Below the pieces are notes generated by a model, which saw only the letters and a list, made by a program, of their open reading frames with translations, did no database searches and was not told the DNA's origin. A DNA stretch of 64,000 bases from Spirochaetia bacterium (lineage in GTDB: Bacteria > Spirochaetota > Spirochaetia > CAKZLE01). Below, piece after piece: positions 9,011 through 19,994 of this stretch (its first letter is position 1; every line of letters begins with the position of its first letter). The DNA lies in contig JAIPFY010000006.1 in assembly GCA_021736385.1 (NCBI GenBank), positions 869 to 64,868 of the forward strand, in the 5' to 3' direction. The translations under genes and the position numbers were made by a program.

Positions 9011-10242
9011 GTATGATCATCAGTGCCCTGGAACAGGCACGGGATTTTGGACAGCTCTCTCTGTATATACACATCCCGTTCTGTGCCCGAAAATGTGACT
9101 ACTGCGATTTCTATTCCAGGACTGATATGACCGGGGAACTCCTTGATGCCTACAGTGATCACCTCTGCCGTGAGATCTCGTTCATCACCGACAGATACCC
9201 CCTTCCGTTCACCAGCGTGTTCATCGGCGGCGGTAATCCCGGCCTTCTGGGACCGAAGCGGCTGCAGAAGATCCTAGAGGCCTCCCACAGACACGGAAGA
9301 CCTGCAGAGTGTACGATCGAGATCAACCCTGAATCGATCGATGCGGCACTGCTCACATCAGCGATCGGGATGGTAGACCGGCTGAGTATCGGGGTACAGT
9401 CACTCAAGCAGAAGAATCTGCAGATGCTCGGAAGGAATGCCACTGCAGAGCAGACGCTCGAAGGGCTCAGACGATTCCAACCGCTGCGGGAGCACTTCTC
9501 CTTGAACATCGACCTGATCCAGGGAGTTCCGTCACAACATGCCGATGATACTCTCGAAGACATAACAGAACTCCAGAGCCTGCTGCACCCCGACCACTTC
9601 TCGATCTATGATCTGATCATAGAAGAGGGAACGCCGCTGCATACACGGGTTGCAGCTGAAAGCTCCATCGAGACCGATGTGAACGGTAATGTCCTGATCT
9701 CCTGCAGCGACGTGAGACCGCTGTTGAGCTCCCTCGGGTTCTCCCGCTATGAGATCGCCAACTATGCGAAAGAGAGCAGGCAGTGTCTGCATAATCTGCA
9801 CTACTGGCAGCTGCTGCCCTATCTGGGCATCGGTGCTGGAGCGAGCTCCACCCTCTATACCGATACGAACGTACTTCGGCTGCACGGCAGAGAGAATCTG
9901 CACGCCTATGCATATGAAAGTTCATCCTTCAGTGATACTATATATGAGATAGAGAAGCTCAGTGCGCAGGAGTTCCTCGAAGAGATCCTGCTCATGGGTC
10001 TGAGAACCACTGCAGGAGTATCGCTGCACAGGCTGCGTGACTGTTTCGGCTGCGATCTGCAGGACATCCTGAAGCAGAGCCTGCCGGCCTGGGAGGCCAG
10101 GGGATGCCTGCAGATCTTCGATGACTATCTCAGTCTGACAGAAAAAGGTATGGATCTGTTGAATTCGATCCTCATAGATATGTTTATGGATATTGAATCC
10201 TTCAGCGGTACCCTTTTACTGGCACTTGACACCGATTTTTAA
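9007..10242 (+). CDS. hemW: Radical SAM heme chaperone HemW, coproporphyrinogen-III-oxidase-like
   Basis: LYIHIPFCARKCDYCDF radical-SAM cluster motif, followed by the HemN-like C-terminal domain. Confidence 0.8.
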   Translation: MSMIISALEQARDFGQLSLYIHIPFCARKCDYCDFYSRTDMTGELLDAYSDHLCREISFITDRYPLPFTSVFIGGGNPGLLGPKRLQKILEASHRHGRPAECTIEINPESIDAALLTSAIGMVDRLSIGVQSLKQKNLQMLGRNATAEQTLEGLRRFQPLREHFSLNIDLIQGVPSQHADDTLEDITELQSLLHPDHFSIYDLIIEEGTPLHTRVAAESSIETDVNGNVLISCSDVRPLLSSLGFSRYEIANYAKESRQCLHNLHYWQLLPYLGIGAGASSTLYTDTNVLRLHGRENLHAYAYESSSFSDTIYEIEKLSAQEFLEEILLMGLRTTAGVSLHRLRDCFGCDLQDILKQSLPAWEARGCLQIFDDYLSLTEKGMDLLNSILIDMFMDIESFSGTLLLALDTDF

Positions 10243-10303
10243 GCTGTGATAGGTTTCACTACGACTGTACATCAGGAAATAGATACGATTCTAAGGAGAC
10301 CAT

Positions 10304-11047
10304 ATGTCTGGACATAGTAAATGGGCATCAATCAAGCACAAGAAAGGCGCAATCGATGCAAAACGAGGGAAGATATTCACCAAACTCATTCGTGAGATCA
10401 CCGTAGCCGCGAAGATCGGCGGTGGGGAGATCGAAGCGAACCCCAGATTGCGTACTGCTGTGCTCAAGGCTAAAGCTGAGAATATGCCTAAAGACAATAT
10501 CGCCAAAGCCATCAAGAAGGGTACCGGTGATATGGAAGGTGTCGAATACACCGAACTCACCTATGAAGGCTATGGTCCCGGTGGAGTCGCCATCATGATA
10601 GAGGCACTGACTGACAACAAGAACAGGACAGCTGCCGATGTCCGGAGTACCCTCTCGAAGAACGGCGGGAACCTTGGTGAATCAGGCTGTGTCTCCTACC
10701 TGTTTCAGAGAAAGGGCATCATCTCATACGACAGTGCGACCTATGACGAGGAACAGCTGTTCGAACCTGCTCTGGAAGCGGGAGCAGAGGATGTGAAGAA
10801 CGAGGGAGATGTCATCGAAGTACTCACCGAACCCGACAGCTTCGGAGAGGTGCTCGACGCTCTGCAGGAACAGGGCTTTGAAGAGAGCTCTGCTGAAGTC
10901 GCTCTGATCTCCGATACCATGGTGAGCCTCGAACACGACAAGATCACCAAAGCCCTCAGACTGATCGATCGACTTGAGGACCTTGATGATGTGCAGACCG
11001 TCTCCACCAATCTGGATATCCCGGATGATTATGAACCTGAAGAATAG
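10304..11047 (+). CDS. yebC: YebC/PmpR family DNA-binding transcriptional regulator
   Basis: [32 protein letters not shown] is a near-universal N-terminus of this family. Confidence 0.9.
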   Translation: MSGHSKWASIKHKKGAIDAKRGKIFTKLIREITVAAKIGGGEIEANPRLRTAVLKAKAENMPKDNIAKAIKKGTGDMEGVEYTELTYEGYGPGGVAIMIEALTDNKNRTAADVRSTLSKNGGNLGESGCVSYLFQRKGIISYDSATYDEEQLFEPALEAGAEDVKNEGDVIEVLTEPDSFGEVLDALQEQGFEESSAEVALISDTMVSLEHDKITKALRLIDRLEDLDDVQTVSTNLDIPDDYEPEE

Positions 11048-11050
11048 GGG

Positions 11051-11548
11051 ATGATGATACTAGGGATCGACCCGGGGATCGCGAATCTTGGCTGGGGTGT
11101 GGTGAGTACCGGCTCCGGTCGTCTCCACTGTGAAGCCTACGGCCATATGAAGACGAAAGCCGATGCTCCTGTCGAGAGTCGGATCCAGGAACTCGCAGGT
11201 CTGTGCAATGATCTGTTCACCACCTATCCGATCGATCAGATGAGCATTGAAGACATCTATTATTTTCAGAACAAGAGCAGTGCCATAACGGTGGCAAAAG
11301 TCATCGGCGCACTCTACTATGTGGCATCACTGCAGCAGGTCGCGGTCACTACCTATTCACCGCTGCAGATAAAGACCACCATCACCGGCTTCGGCAGGGC
11401 CGAGAAGCTGCAGATCCAGGAGATGGTCAGAGTCCTTCTTGGGCTTCCCTCCATCCCCAGACCTGATCATGCCGCCGATGCCCTGGCGATCGCCATCTGC
11501 CACTATACCCAGAGAGAAGGTAAGGAAAGGTTGGGAATCTATGATTGA
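11051..11548 (+). CDS. ruvC: Holliday junction resolvase RuvC
   Basis: ILGIDPGIANLGWGVV, with the catalytic acidic residues and DHAADALAIA near the C-terminus. Confidence 0.9.
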   Translation: MMILGIDPGIANLGWGVVSTGSGRLHCEAYGHMKTKADAPVESRIQELAGLCNDLFTTYPIDQMSIEDIYYFQNKSSAITVAKVIGALYYVASLQQVAVTTYSPLQIKTTITGFGRAEKLQIQEMVRVLLGLPSIPRPDHAADALAIAICHYTQREGKERLGIYD

Positions 11549-12164
11549 TGCGATTCACGGTGAACTTCTTCGCGTCGAGACCAACACAGTGGTCATCGGT
11601 ACTCCGAGTATCGATTTCGCCTGTACCGTCTCATCGACTACCAGCTCGATGCTGGGGAACCTTGGTGCCGAAGACCGGCAGTCAGTCCACCTGTATACCC
11701 ATCTCCATCACAAGGAAGATGTGATGCAGCTCTTCGGTTTCGCCACTCGAGATGAACGCACGATGTTCTTCGAAGTGACGAAGGTCCAGGGCATCGGACC
11801 GAAGCAGGCAGTGAAGATCCTCTCGGGTATCTCTGTACGGGACCTGGCAGTGGCGCTGGATGCAGGCGATATCGATCGACTCACGCAGATCCCGGGACTC
11901 GGGAAGAAGACCGCACAGAAGATGATCCTTGCCCTCAGGAGCAAGCTCGATCTCTTCTCTGAGGAGATCCCGGTACAGCAGAGCAGCGGTAGCCTGCCTC
12001 CGCTGTGCATGGAGATGCTCCATGCCCTGACCGAGATGGGTTATGACAAGAGACTTGCAAAGATCGCCGTCACTGAAAGTTATCAGGAACTGTCTGAGAC
12101 AGTCACTGATGATCGAACTCTGGAAGAGAGACTCTTCAAAGCCTCTATCATCAGGTTGGCATAA
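11541..12164 (+). CDS. ruvA: Holliday junction branch-migration protein RuvA
   Basis: Starts at MIDAIHGEL within ORF 11439..12164. Contains the [13 protein letters not shown] and [14 protein letters not shown] helix-hairpin-helix motifs. Overlaps the ruvC stop by 8 nt. Confidence 0.9.
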   Translation: MIDAIHGELLRVETNTVVIGTPSIDFACTVSSTTSSMLGNLGAEDRQSVHLYTHLHHKEDVMQLFGFATRDERTMFFEVTKVQGIGPKQAVKILSGISVRDLAVALDAGDIDRLTQIPGLGKKTAQKMILALRSKLDLFSEEIPVQQSSGSLPPLCMEMLHALTEMGYDKRLAKIAVTESYQELSETVTDDRTLEERLFKASIIRLA

Positions 12165-13192
12165 TGGAAGAACGCATCGTCACCAATCAGGAACATACGC
12201 TTGATCAGAAGCTGCAGGATGACCTGATACGACCGAAGTTCCTCAAGGACTTTCAGGGTCAGCAGGAACTCAAAGATAATCTGAAGATCTTCATCACCGC
12301 CTCGAAGGACCGTGAGCAGACGCTCGATCATGTCTTCATCAGCGGTCCCCCGGGACTGGGAAAGACCACACTGGCCTCCATCATCGCCAATGAGATGGAC
12401 GCCGAGATCAAGATGACATCAGCACCTGCGCTGGAGAAACCCAAAGACCTCGCAGGGATCCTCACTACGATCAAAGAGGGCAGCATCTTCTTCATCGATG
12501 AGATCCACCGGCTCCGTCCGGTCCTCGAGGAGATGCTCTACATCGCGATGGAGGATTTTGAGATCGACTGGGTCATCGGGCAGGGTCCTGCTGCACGGAC
12601 GATCAGGGTCCCCATACCGCAGTTCACCATGATCGGCGCGACTACCAAGGCCGGGAAGGTGGCAGCCCCGCTGTATACCCGGTTCGGGATCACCTCCCGT
12701 ATCGGATTCTACCAGGAGGAAGAGCTGCAGCACATCATCAGCCGCTCGGCACGGATCATCGGTGCTTCGATCTCGGATGAAGCGGTGGTGACCCTCTCGC
12801 GCTGTTCCAGAGGTACTCCCCGTATCGCGAACCGTCTGCTCAGGCGACTGCGCGATTATGCGGAGGTCCTTGGTGATGGCATCATCACCCCTGCGATCGT
12901 CACTGATGGTCTTGAACGTCTGGGTATCGATCATCATGGACTCGATGCTCTCGATATACGCATCCTGGAGACCATCATCGATTTCTATCATGGAGGACCG
13001 GTCGGTGCGGAGACCCTTGCGATCAGTGTGGGGGAGGCCATCGAATCCCTCGAAGACTTCTATGAACCCTATCTGATCCAGAAAGGCTATCTGAAAAGGA
13101 CTCCAAGGGGCCGTATGGTCACTGAAAAAGCATATGAACTGCTTCACAGAAGCAATAAGGAACCACATGAAGACCAGCGACTTCTCTTTTGA
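12164..13192 (+). CDS. ruvB: Holliday junction helicase RuvB
   Basis: Walker [20 protein letters not shown] and the arginine finger [17 protein letters not shown]. Confidence 0.95.
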   Translation: MEERIVTNQEHTLDQKLQDDLIRPKFLKDFQGQQELKDNLKIFITASKDREQTLDHVFISGPPGLGKTTLASIIANEMDAEIKMTSAPALEKPKDLAGILTTIKEGSIFFIDEIHRLRPVLEEMLYIAMEDFEIDWVIGQGPAARTIRVPIPQFTMIGATTKAGKVAAPLYTRFGITSRIGFYQEEELQHIISRSARIIGASISDEAVVTLSRCSRGTPRIANRLLRRLRDYAEVLGDGIITPAIVTDGLERLGIDHHGLDALDIRILETIIDFYHGGPVGAETLAISVGEAIESLEDFYEPYLIQKGYLKRTPRGRMVTEKAYELLHRSNKEPHEDQRLLF

Positions 13193-14189
13193 TCTGCCCG
13201 AAGGACTGATCGCACAGTATCCGACCGACAGCCGCGGTACCAGCCGTCTGCTGGTGCTCGATAGACATACCGGAGAACGGACTCATACCGATATCGGACA
13301 TCTGGCAGAGCTCATCCCGGAAGATGCCCTGCTGGTGATCAACAACTCCAAGGTCCGTAAAGCCCGGGTCTTCGCGAAGACAGCCTTCGAAGGTCAGGTG
13401 GAGTTCCTCTTTCTCGAGCAGCTCGATCAGAGACGATGGAAGACCATCGTCACCAAATCGAAGCGACAAAAACCCGGCAGGACCTACACCTTAGCAGGGG
13501 GGATCACTGCTGAACTGACAGAGGATTTGGGATCTGAGAAGATCATCACCATGAGCGAACCCCTTGATGAGGAGTTCTTCCTCCAGTATGGACATATGCC
13601 GCTGCCTCCCTATATCAAACGTGAGGATGAGTTCCTCGATGACAGCCGGTATCAGACCGTCTATGCGAAGGAGATCGGATCTGTGGCAGCTCCCACAGCC
13701 GGACTGCATGTCACCCCGCAGATCATCGATGAACTGAAGGCCAAAGGGGTCAGGATCACAGAAGTGACCCTCCACGTGGGACTTGGCACCTTCCTGCCGA
13801 TCAGAAGTGATGATATCCACGATCATGCGATGCATACCGAAGAGTATGAGGTCTCCGCTGAGTCAGCTGAGCTGATCAATCAGTACAAACGTGAGGGACG
13901 ACCGATCTATGCGGTAGGGACCACTTCAGTGAGGACTCTCGAAGCGGCTTATGATGATGCGACGGCTCAGGTGCGCGCGGGGCGAAGGTCTACCGACATC
14001 TTCATCAAACCCGGCTATACCTTCAAGGTCATCGATGCCCTGCTGACGAACTTCCATACCCCCGAATCGACGCTGCTGATCCTTGTCAGTGCTCTGGCTG
14101 GAAAGGATAACATCTTCGCAGCCTATGCAGAGGCGATCGAGCAGCAGTACCGCTTCTTCTCCTACGGGGATGCGATGCTCATCCGCTGA
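13167..14189 (+). CDS. queA: S-adenosylmethionine:tRNA ribosyltransferase-isomerase QueA
   Basis: Starts at [27 protein letters not shown] and [11 protein letters not shown] are conserved QueA blocks. Confidence 0.9.
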   Translation: MKTSDFSFDLPEGLIAQYPTDSRGTSRLLVLDRHTGERTHTDIGHLAELIPEDALLVINNSKVRKARVFAKTAFEGQVEFLFLEQLDQRRWKTIVTKSKRQKPGRTYTLAGGITAELTEDLGSEKIITMSEPLDEEFFLQYGHMPLPPYIKREDEFLDDSRYQTVYAKEIGSVAAPTAGLHVTPQIIDELKAKGVRITEVTLHVGLGTFLPIRSDDIHDHAMHTEEYEVSAESAELINQYKREGRPIYAVGTTSVRTLEAAYDDATAQVRAGRRSTDIFIKPGYTFKVIDALLTNFHTPESTLLILVSALAGKDNIFAAYAEAIEQQYRFFSYGDAMLIR

Positions 14190-14788
14190 TCGACGAACGC
14201 GGTGATCTGCCGGTGGATCTGATCGATCGGCAGCCTCCCGTCGATCCGGCAGAACATGATCTGCTCGGAGATCTCAGAGAACATCTGTTCATAGTTCTCA
14301 TAGACAGCCTGCTGGAAGTGTTCATGTTCGAAGATATCGCGTGAATCTCTACTGGTATCAATACGCTTGAGGCATTCTGATACAGGTGTGTCTATATAGA
14401 TGATGATCATCGGGTGCGGGTAGGGCGCATTGTAGGAGAGTACATCCTCTTTCGGGACGTCTACCGCCTGGTAGGCTACCGATGAATAGAAGTACCGGTC
14501 GGAGATCACGAGATCATGATCCCTGAGCTGTTCGAGCATGCCCTGTTCGCCATAGAGATGGTCATGACGGTCAGCTGCATAGAGCATGGCCAGGGCGTGA
14601 TGAGTCACTGTGGCGGATCCCGAGAGGATCTCACGGATCAGTCTTCCGATCGGCCCGTCTGTGGGTTCACACGTGAGAAAGACGCTCCTGCCCGTTGCAG
14701 TGAGATGGTCGGACAGCAGTCTCGCCTGAGTCGTGGTACCGGCACCATCGAGCCCTTCGAAGACGATGAAGTTATCAAGTATGTTCAT
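14162..14788 (-). CDS. tmk: Thymidylate kinase
   Basis: FIVFEGLDGAGTTTQ P-loop, the DRY motif and the LID region. Confidence 0.9.
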   Translation of the reverse strand: MNILDNFIVFEGLDGAGTTTQARLLSDHLTATGRSVFLTCEPTDGPIGRLIREILSGSATVTHHALAMLYAADRHDHLYGEQGMLEQLRDHDLVISDRYFYSSVAYQAVDVPKEDVLSYNAPYPHPMIIIYIDTPVSECLKRIDTSRDSRDIFEHEHFQQAVYENYEQMFSEISEQIMFCRIDGRLPIDQIHRQITAFVDQRMSIASP

Positions 14789-14913
14789 ATCCGTAGTTAT
14801 AGACTTTTTTTCAGGCTGCTGCTACTGCCCGATCACCCCTTCTGATCATTTCTTCCCTGTGAGATGCATCAAGATTATCTACTTTTTTTCACATGTAACA
14901 AAAAAGAGTGCAG

Positions 14914-14942
14914 TTTACATAACAGAGTGCTATGCGTATAAT
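14914..14942 (+). promoter_or_regulatory. Sigma-70-type promoter for the rnf operon
   Basis: TTTACA at 14914-14919, a 17-nt spacer, then TGCG-TATAAT with the -10 at 14937-14942. An AAGGAG ribosome-binding site at 14962-14967 is 10 nt from the rnfC ATG. Confidence 0.45.
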
Positions 14943-14977
14943 AGAACGGACGTATTCACAAAAGGAGTTTTAAACAC

Positions 14978-16297
14978 ATGCGGAATATCAGCACGTTCTC
15001 AAAAGGCGGTGTGCATCCAGCAGACCGCAAAGAACTGACATGCACTAAAGAGATCGTACGTCTTCCGACCCCCAAGCACATCATCATACCATTCTCTCAG
15101 CATCTGGGTGTACCGGCCAACCCTATCGTCAAGAAGGGTGATATAGTCGCAGCAGGTGATAAGATCGGTGAAGCTGCCGGTTTCATCTCGGCAGATATCC
15201 ATACCCCTGCAGCTGGGACTGTGTCAGAGATCAAAGAGATCTTCCTGCCGAACGGCATGTATACGAAAGCTGCGGTCATCGCAGTAGATGAGACGGGTTC
15301 GCTGGAACTTACTGAGAAGAGAGACTGGAAGACCATGGATCCTCACCAGATTGTCGCTGAGGTGAAGGATCTGGGGATCGTCGGGATGGGAGGAGCGACG
15401 TTCCCCGCGAATGTCAAGTTCTCCGTGCCGAAAGGGAAGAAAGCAGAGTATGTCGTGATCAACGGCGTAGAATGTGAACCCTATCTGACCTCTGATCATC
15501 GGATCATGCTGGAGAAGGGCCTTGAAGTACTCGAAGGTGCCCTGATCATCGCGAAGATGGTCGGAGCTCCAAAGGTCTATATCGGGATCGAGAACAACAA
15601 GAAAGATGCCATGGAGCATCTCGAATCGCTGATCACAGCACATCATCTGCCGATTGAGATCCAGCCGCTGAGACTCAAGTACCCCCAGGGAGATGAGAAA
15701 CAGCTGTTGAAAGCCGTTATCGGAAAAGAGGTTCCCTCAGGAGCTCTTCCTATCGATATCGGGGCTGTGGTGAGTAATGTCGGGACGGCACAGGCGCTCT
15801 ATCAGGCTATCGTCTATCGAAAGCCTCTGATCGAACGTGTGGTCACGGTCACCGGAGATGCGATCAGAGACCCCGGTAACTTCCTGGTCACGATCGGGAC
15901 CCCCATCCAGGATCTGATCGATGCCTGCGGAGGGTTCAGGGAACAGCCGGAGAAGATGGTCGCAGGTGGACCCATGATGGGATTTGCCTTCTATGACCTG
16001 CAGACGCCGGTGATGAAGGGGACTTCCGGAGTGCTTGCACTCACGTCCAAGGAGTCGAGGAAAGAGGTCACCACCGCCTGTATCTCCTGTGGAAGGTGTG
16101 TTGCAGCCTGTCCCATGGGTCTGCAGCCAACGAGACTGTATAAGAACATCTCAGTCGGTAACTATACCGAATCTCTGGGACTCGGACTGCTTGACTGCAA
16201 GGAGTGCGGCTGCTGCGCCTATGTGTGCCCGGCAAAGCTTCCTCTGGTGCAGGGAATGAGACTGGGAAAGAACATGTCAAGGAAGATGAAAAAATGA
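14978..16297 (+). CDS. rnfC: Rnf electron-transport complex subunit C
   Basis: NADH-binding GMGGATFP motif and two 4Fe-4S motifs, CISCGRCVAACP and CKECGCCAYVCP. Confidence 0.9.
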   Translation: MRNISTFSKGGVHPADRKELTCTKEIVRLPTPKHIIIPFSQHLGVPANPIVKKGDIVAAGDKIGEAAGFISADIHTPAAGTVSEIKEIFLPNGMYTKAAVIAVDETGSLELTEKRDWKTMDPHQIVAEVKDLGIVGMGGATFPANVKFSVPKGKKAEYVVINGVECEPYLTSDHRIMLEKGLEVLEGALIIAKMVGAPKVYIGIENNKKDAMEHLESLITAHHLPIEIQPLRLKYPQGDEKQLLKAVIGKEVPSGALPIDIGAVVSNVGTAQALYQAIVYRKPLIERVVTVTGDAIRDPGNFLVTIGTPIQDLIDACGGFREQPEKMVAGGPMMGFAFYDLQTPVMKGTSGVLALTSKESRKEVTTACISCGRCVAACPMGLQPTRLYKNISVGNYTESLGLGLLDCKECGCCAYVCPAKLPLVQGMRLGKNMSRKMKK

Positions 16298-17391
16298 GCG
16301 AAGAGAACATCATGTACAGAATAGAGAGCTCGCCTCAGATCCGACATGCCGATTCGACTGCCCGCATCATGTGGTCTGTCGTCCTGGCGCTGCTGCCGGC
16401 GGGTATATGGAGTGTGGTCAATTTCGGCCCCTATGTGCTGGCGGTGATCGCAGTCTCTGTCATCACCGCAGTGGTGCTGGAGTACCTGCTTGCCCGACTG
16501 ATGGGGAGATCGACCATACAGGACGGCAGTGCCGTACTTACCGGTCTGCTGATAGCCTACAACATGCCCCCTGGAGTGGGGCTGTTCATACCGATCATCG
16601 CTTCCGCCTTCGCCATCGCCGTGGTGAAGTGGAGTTTCGGTGGTCTCGGGGCGAACTGGATCAACCCGGCTCTTGCCGGAAGGGTCTTCGTCTTCTTCTC
16701 CTGGACAGGAGCCATGACCACCTGGAAGGCTCCGCGATTCTGGAGTGCCGTCGATACGACCTCGGGAGCCACTGTGCTCTCTACCGTGAAGACCTCCCTG
16801 CTCGATGCAGAGGGGATCATCAGCGGACCTGCCGGTCTGCTCGGTGACCTTGGGTATCAAAGTACCGCGTTCGCCCGACAGGCCGCCTCCTGGTTCTCCG
16901 ATACGCTGAACATCGGCGTATCACCGATCCATATCGACCTGTTCATCGGGACGGTCCCCGGATCCCTCGGAGAGGTCTCAGCACTGCTGCTGATCCTCGG
17001 CGGGATCTATCTTGCTGCGAAACATATCATCACCTGGCATACCCCGATCTCCTATATCCTCTCCTTCAGCCTTCTGATCTGGATCTTCGGCGGTGTGCAG
17101 TATGGTACCGGTCTGTTCTCAGGTGATGTACTCTTTCACCTGTTCAGCGGCGGCATGATGCTCGGAGCATTGTTCATGGCAACCGATATGGTCACCAGTC
17201 CGACGACCTATGCGGGTATGATCATCTTCGGCATCTTCACGGGATTTCTCACCTTCCTCTTCAGGATCTACGGGTCTCTTCCCGAAGGTGTCTCTCTTGC
17301 GATCATTATCATGAACATCTTCGTACCCATGATCGATCGCTATATCCAGCCCAGAAGATTCGGCGTGGTGAAACAGAGGAGTCAGGCATGA
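16294..17391 (+). CDS. rnfD: Rnf complex subunit D
   Basis: Starts at MSEENIMY within ORF 16204..17391, with an ATGA overlap onto the rnfC stop. NqrB/RnfD-family polytopic membrane protein carrying the covalent-FMN motif region SGAT. Confidence 0.9.
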   Translation: MSEENIMYRIESSPQIRHADSTARIMWSVVLALLPAGIWSVVNFGPYVLAVIAVSVITAVVLEYLLARLMGRSTIQDGSAVLTGLLIAYNMPPGVGLFIPIIASAFAIAVVKWSFGGLGANWINPALAGRVFVFFSWTGAMTTWKAPRFWSAVDTTSGATVLSTVKTSLLDAEGIISGPAGLLGDLGYQSTAFARQAASWFSDTLNIGVSPIHIDLFIGTVPGSLGEVSALLLILGGIYLAAKHIITWHTPISYILSFSLLIWIFGGVQYGTGLFSGDVLFHLFSGGMMLGALFMATDMVTSPTTYAGMIIFGIFTGFLTFLFRIYGSLPEGVSLAIIIMNIFVPMIDRYIQPRRFGVVKQRSQA

Positions 17392-17942
17392 AACAAATGA
17401 TATCAATCGGATCCCGGCTGGCGATCATCTGCGCCGTCTCGGCCATCGTGCTGGCGCTGGTGAATTCCATCACCGCACCGAAGATCGCCATCTATCAGGA
17501 GCAGCTGGTGCAGCAGGCACTCTCTGAAGTCTCGAGCGGGTATACCGTCGGAGAGAAACAGAGTGCTGATGCACAGCAGATCAACTACTATCATCCTCTC
17601 ACAGACGGTGATACGGTAGTAGGCTATGTGATCAATCTCACCGCAGCAGGCTACGGCGGGCCCATGACCATGCTCGCCGGTTTCTCGACAGCGGGTGAGA
17701 CCCTCGCTGCGAAACTCATCCAGAACAGCGAGACTCCCGGACTGGGAAAGAAAGCTGAATCGAGTGAGTACATGCAGATGTTCGTCGGTACCGGCGGCAG
17801 TACGACACTGCCGATAAAGAAATCGGATCTTCCGGATGCTGCTGCTGATTCGATCAGTGGTGCGACCATCACCTTCAGCGGAGTCGCAAAGGCTCTGCTC
17901 GCCGGCTCGCAATTCGCCATCGAACTGGGAGGTATGCGATAA
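17388..17942 (+). CDS. rnfG: Rnf complex subunit G (FMN-binding)
   Basis: N-terminal TM helix. ETPGLG and the SISGATIT FMN-attachment motif are present. Confidence 0.85.
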   Translation: MKQMISIGSRLAIICAVSAIVLALVNSITAPKIAIYQEQLVQQALSEVSSGYTVGEKQSADAQQINYYHPLTDGDTVVGYVINLTAAGYGGPMTMLAGFSTAGETLAAKLIQNSETPGLGKKAESSEYMQMFVGTGGSTTLPIKKSDLPDAAADSISGATITFSGVAKALLAGSQFAIELGGMR

Positions 17943-18559
17943 TGTGGAAAGAACTTACCAAGGGGATCTTCAAGGAGAACCCCATATTCATCATCGTACT
18001 CGGACTCTGTCCCGCTCTGGGGGTCTCGACCCAGGTCGTCAATGCTCTGGGCATGGGTGCCGGTGTCATCTTCGTGCTCGTGAGTTCGAACATCTTCGTC
18101 TCCCTGCTCAAGGATTTTATCCCGAACAAGGTGAGGATACCTGCATACATCGTGATCATCGCATCGTTCGTCACGATCGTCGAGATGGTCATGCATGCCT
18201 ATGCACCATCGCTGTTCAAGAGCCTCGGGGTCTTCGTCCCCCTGATCGTCGTGAACTGTCTGATCCTCGGAAGGGCAGAGGCGTTCGCGAACAAGAACAC
18301 GGTCTGGTCCTCGATCCTTGATGCGATCGGTATGGGGATCGGCTTCACCTTGAGCCTGATCCTCATCGCACTGATCCGCGAGGTGTTCGGCTCGGGAACG
18401 ATAACCCTGTTCGCCATGGGAGATTTTGACGGTGTCATCCGTATACCGGTCCTGTATGCAGCACCTATGAGAGTACTGAGCCTGTCAGCAGGAGCCCTGC
18501 TGGTCATGGGATATCTAAAAGCATTCTTCAACTGGTATGCTTCACGAGGGAGGGCTTGA
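17942..18559 (+). CDS. rnfE: Rnf complex subunit E
   Basis: NENPIFIIVLGLCPALGVSTQVVNALGMG is a hallmark of the RnfE/NqrD family. Confidence 0.9.
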   Translation: MWKELTKGIFKENPIFIIVLGLCPALGVSTQVVNALGMGAGVIFVLVSSNIFVSLLKDFIPNKVRIPAYIVIIASFVTIVEMVMHAYAPSLFKSLGVFVPLIVVNCLILGRAEAFANKNTVWSSILDAIGMGIGFTLSLILIALIREVFGSGTITLFAMGDFDGVIRIPVLYAAPMRVLSLSAGALLVMGYLKAFFNWYASRGRA

Positions 18560-18563
18560 TCAG

Positions 18564-19154
18564 ATGTCATATATCGCAATCATCATAACATTCGTATTCA
18601 TCAACAACTTCATCCTGACTCAGTTTCTCGGTCTGTGCCCGTTCATCGGGGTATCGAAGAACATCGAGTCAGCCGTCGGTATGGGATTCGCCGTGACCTT
18701 CGTCATGGCGATAGCCTCTGTGGTGACCTGGCTGGTCTACTACTATATTCTCATCCCCCTCGGATTGACCTACCTGCAGACGATCACCTTCATCCTGGTC
18801 ATCGCATCGCTGGTCCAGCTCGTGGAGATGATCGTGCAGAGAATATCACCGCCGCTGTATAAGGCCCTTGGTATCTTCCTGCCTCTGATCACCACCAACT
18901 GCGCCGTACTCGGTATCGCATTGATCAATGTCACCAGTTCGTACAACCTGCTCGAAAGCTTCATCGCCGGCATCTCCGCCGGTCTCGGTTTCCTGCTCGC
19001 TATCGTACTGATGGCGAACATCAGGGAGAGACTTGAACTCGAACAGGTTCCCAAACCCTTCAAAGGAGTCCCTATCGCCTTCATTTCCGGAGGACTGATG
19101 GCACTTGCCTTCATGGCATTCGATAAGGCCCTTCTGACGAATCTACTAGGATAG
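18564..19154 (+). CDS. rnfA: Rnf complex subunit A
   Basis: Starts at MSYIAIII within ORF 18537..19154. FLGLCPFIGVS is a hallmark of the RnfA/NqrE family. Confidence 0.9.
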   Translation: MSYIAIIITFVFINNFILTQFLGLCPFIGVSKNIESAVGMGFAVTFVMAIASVVTWLVYYYILIPLGLTYLQTITFILVIASLVQLVEMIVQRISPPLYKALGIFLPLITTNCAVLGIALINVTSSYNLLESFIAGISAGLGFLLAIVLMANIRERLELEQVPKPFKGVPIAFISGGLMALAFMAFDKALLTNLLG

Positions 19155-19162
19155 GTGTAAAG

Positions 19163-19969
19163 ATGATATTAAACATACTATATGCGTTTCTGACTGTCTC
19201 GATCCTCGGAGGCGCTCTGGGCATCGGCCTGGCGTACGCATCGAAGAAGCTGGCAGTCAAAAAAGATGAGCGGGTGGAGGCTGTAGAAGAGGCCCTGCCC
19301 GGAGCGAACTGCGGAGCCTGCGGGTATGCAGGCTGTGCCGCATACGCAGAGGCCATCGTGAACGAAGAGGCTGACATGACCCTCTGTGCTCCCGGTGGTC
19401 CTGATACTGCTGCCAAGGTGGCTGCGATCATGGGTGTAGAAGCACAGGGCGGCAATGCGAAGAAGATGGTCGCCCGGGTCCACTGCTACGGGAACGAGGA
19501 GACCACCACGAAAGCGTTCGCCTATGAAGGACTGCAGGATTGTAATGCGGCCTACGCGATGTTCAAAGGTGATAATGGTTGTAAGTACGGTTGTCTGGCT
19601 CTGGGCAGCTGTATCGCCGTCTGTCCGGTGAATGCGATCACCAAACGTGAAGATGGCAGGATATATGTCGACAAAGATGTTTGCATTAGTTGCCGAAAAT
19701 GTGTTACTGTCTGTCCTACCGGAGTCATGAAGATGATCCCGTATGATGCGGAGTACTATATCGCCTGTAATTCAAAGGATAAGGGCGGTGCGGTCAAGAA
19801 AGTCTGCAGCGTCGGGTGCATCGGTTGTAAGATATGTGAGAAGAAGTTCCCTGATGCAGGGTTCACCGTCAAAGATTTTCTTTCTGAGATCGATTATACC
19901 ATCGCAGCACAGGGACAGGATGGGGCAGCTGCCGCCTGTCCGGTAGACTGCATACGGGTGACGGACTAA
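19163..19969 (+). CDS. rnfB: Rnf complex subunit B (polyferredoxin)
   Basis: N-terminal TM helix, the CGACGYAGC cluster, and several CxxCxxCxxxCP ferredoxin motifs. Confidence 0.85.
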   Translation: MILNILYAFLTVSILGGALGIGLAYASKKLAVKKDERVEAVEEALPGANCGACGYAGCAAYAEAIVNEEADMTLCAPGGPDTAAKVAAIMGVEAQGGNAKKMVARVHCYGNEETTTKAFAYEGLQDCNAAYAMFKGDNGCKYGCLALGSCIAVCPVNAITKREDGRIYVDKDVCISCRKCVTVCPTGVMKMIPYDAEYYIACNSKDKGGAVKKVCSVGCIGCKICEKKFPDAGFTVKDFLSEIDYTIAAQGQDGAAAACPVDCIRVTD

Positions 19970-19994
19970 GATAAGAAGAAGGTACCAGTACTAT

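Noticed and set aside
16219-16860. 213-aa minus ORF and other antisense ORFs within rnfD, rnfG and rnfE (16219..16860, 17403..17912, 17651..18196)
   Set aside because: They are antisense to highly conserved Rnf membrane subunits whose hallmark motifs are present. The antisense products are low-complexity.
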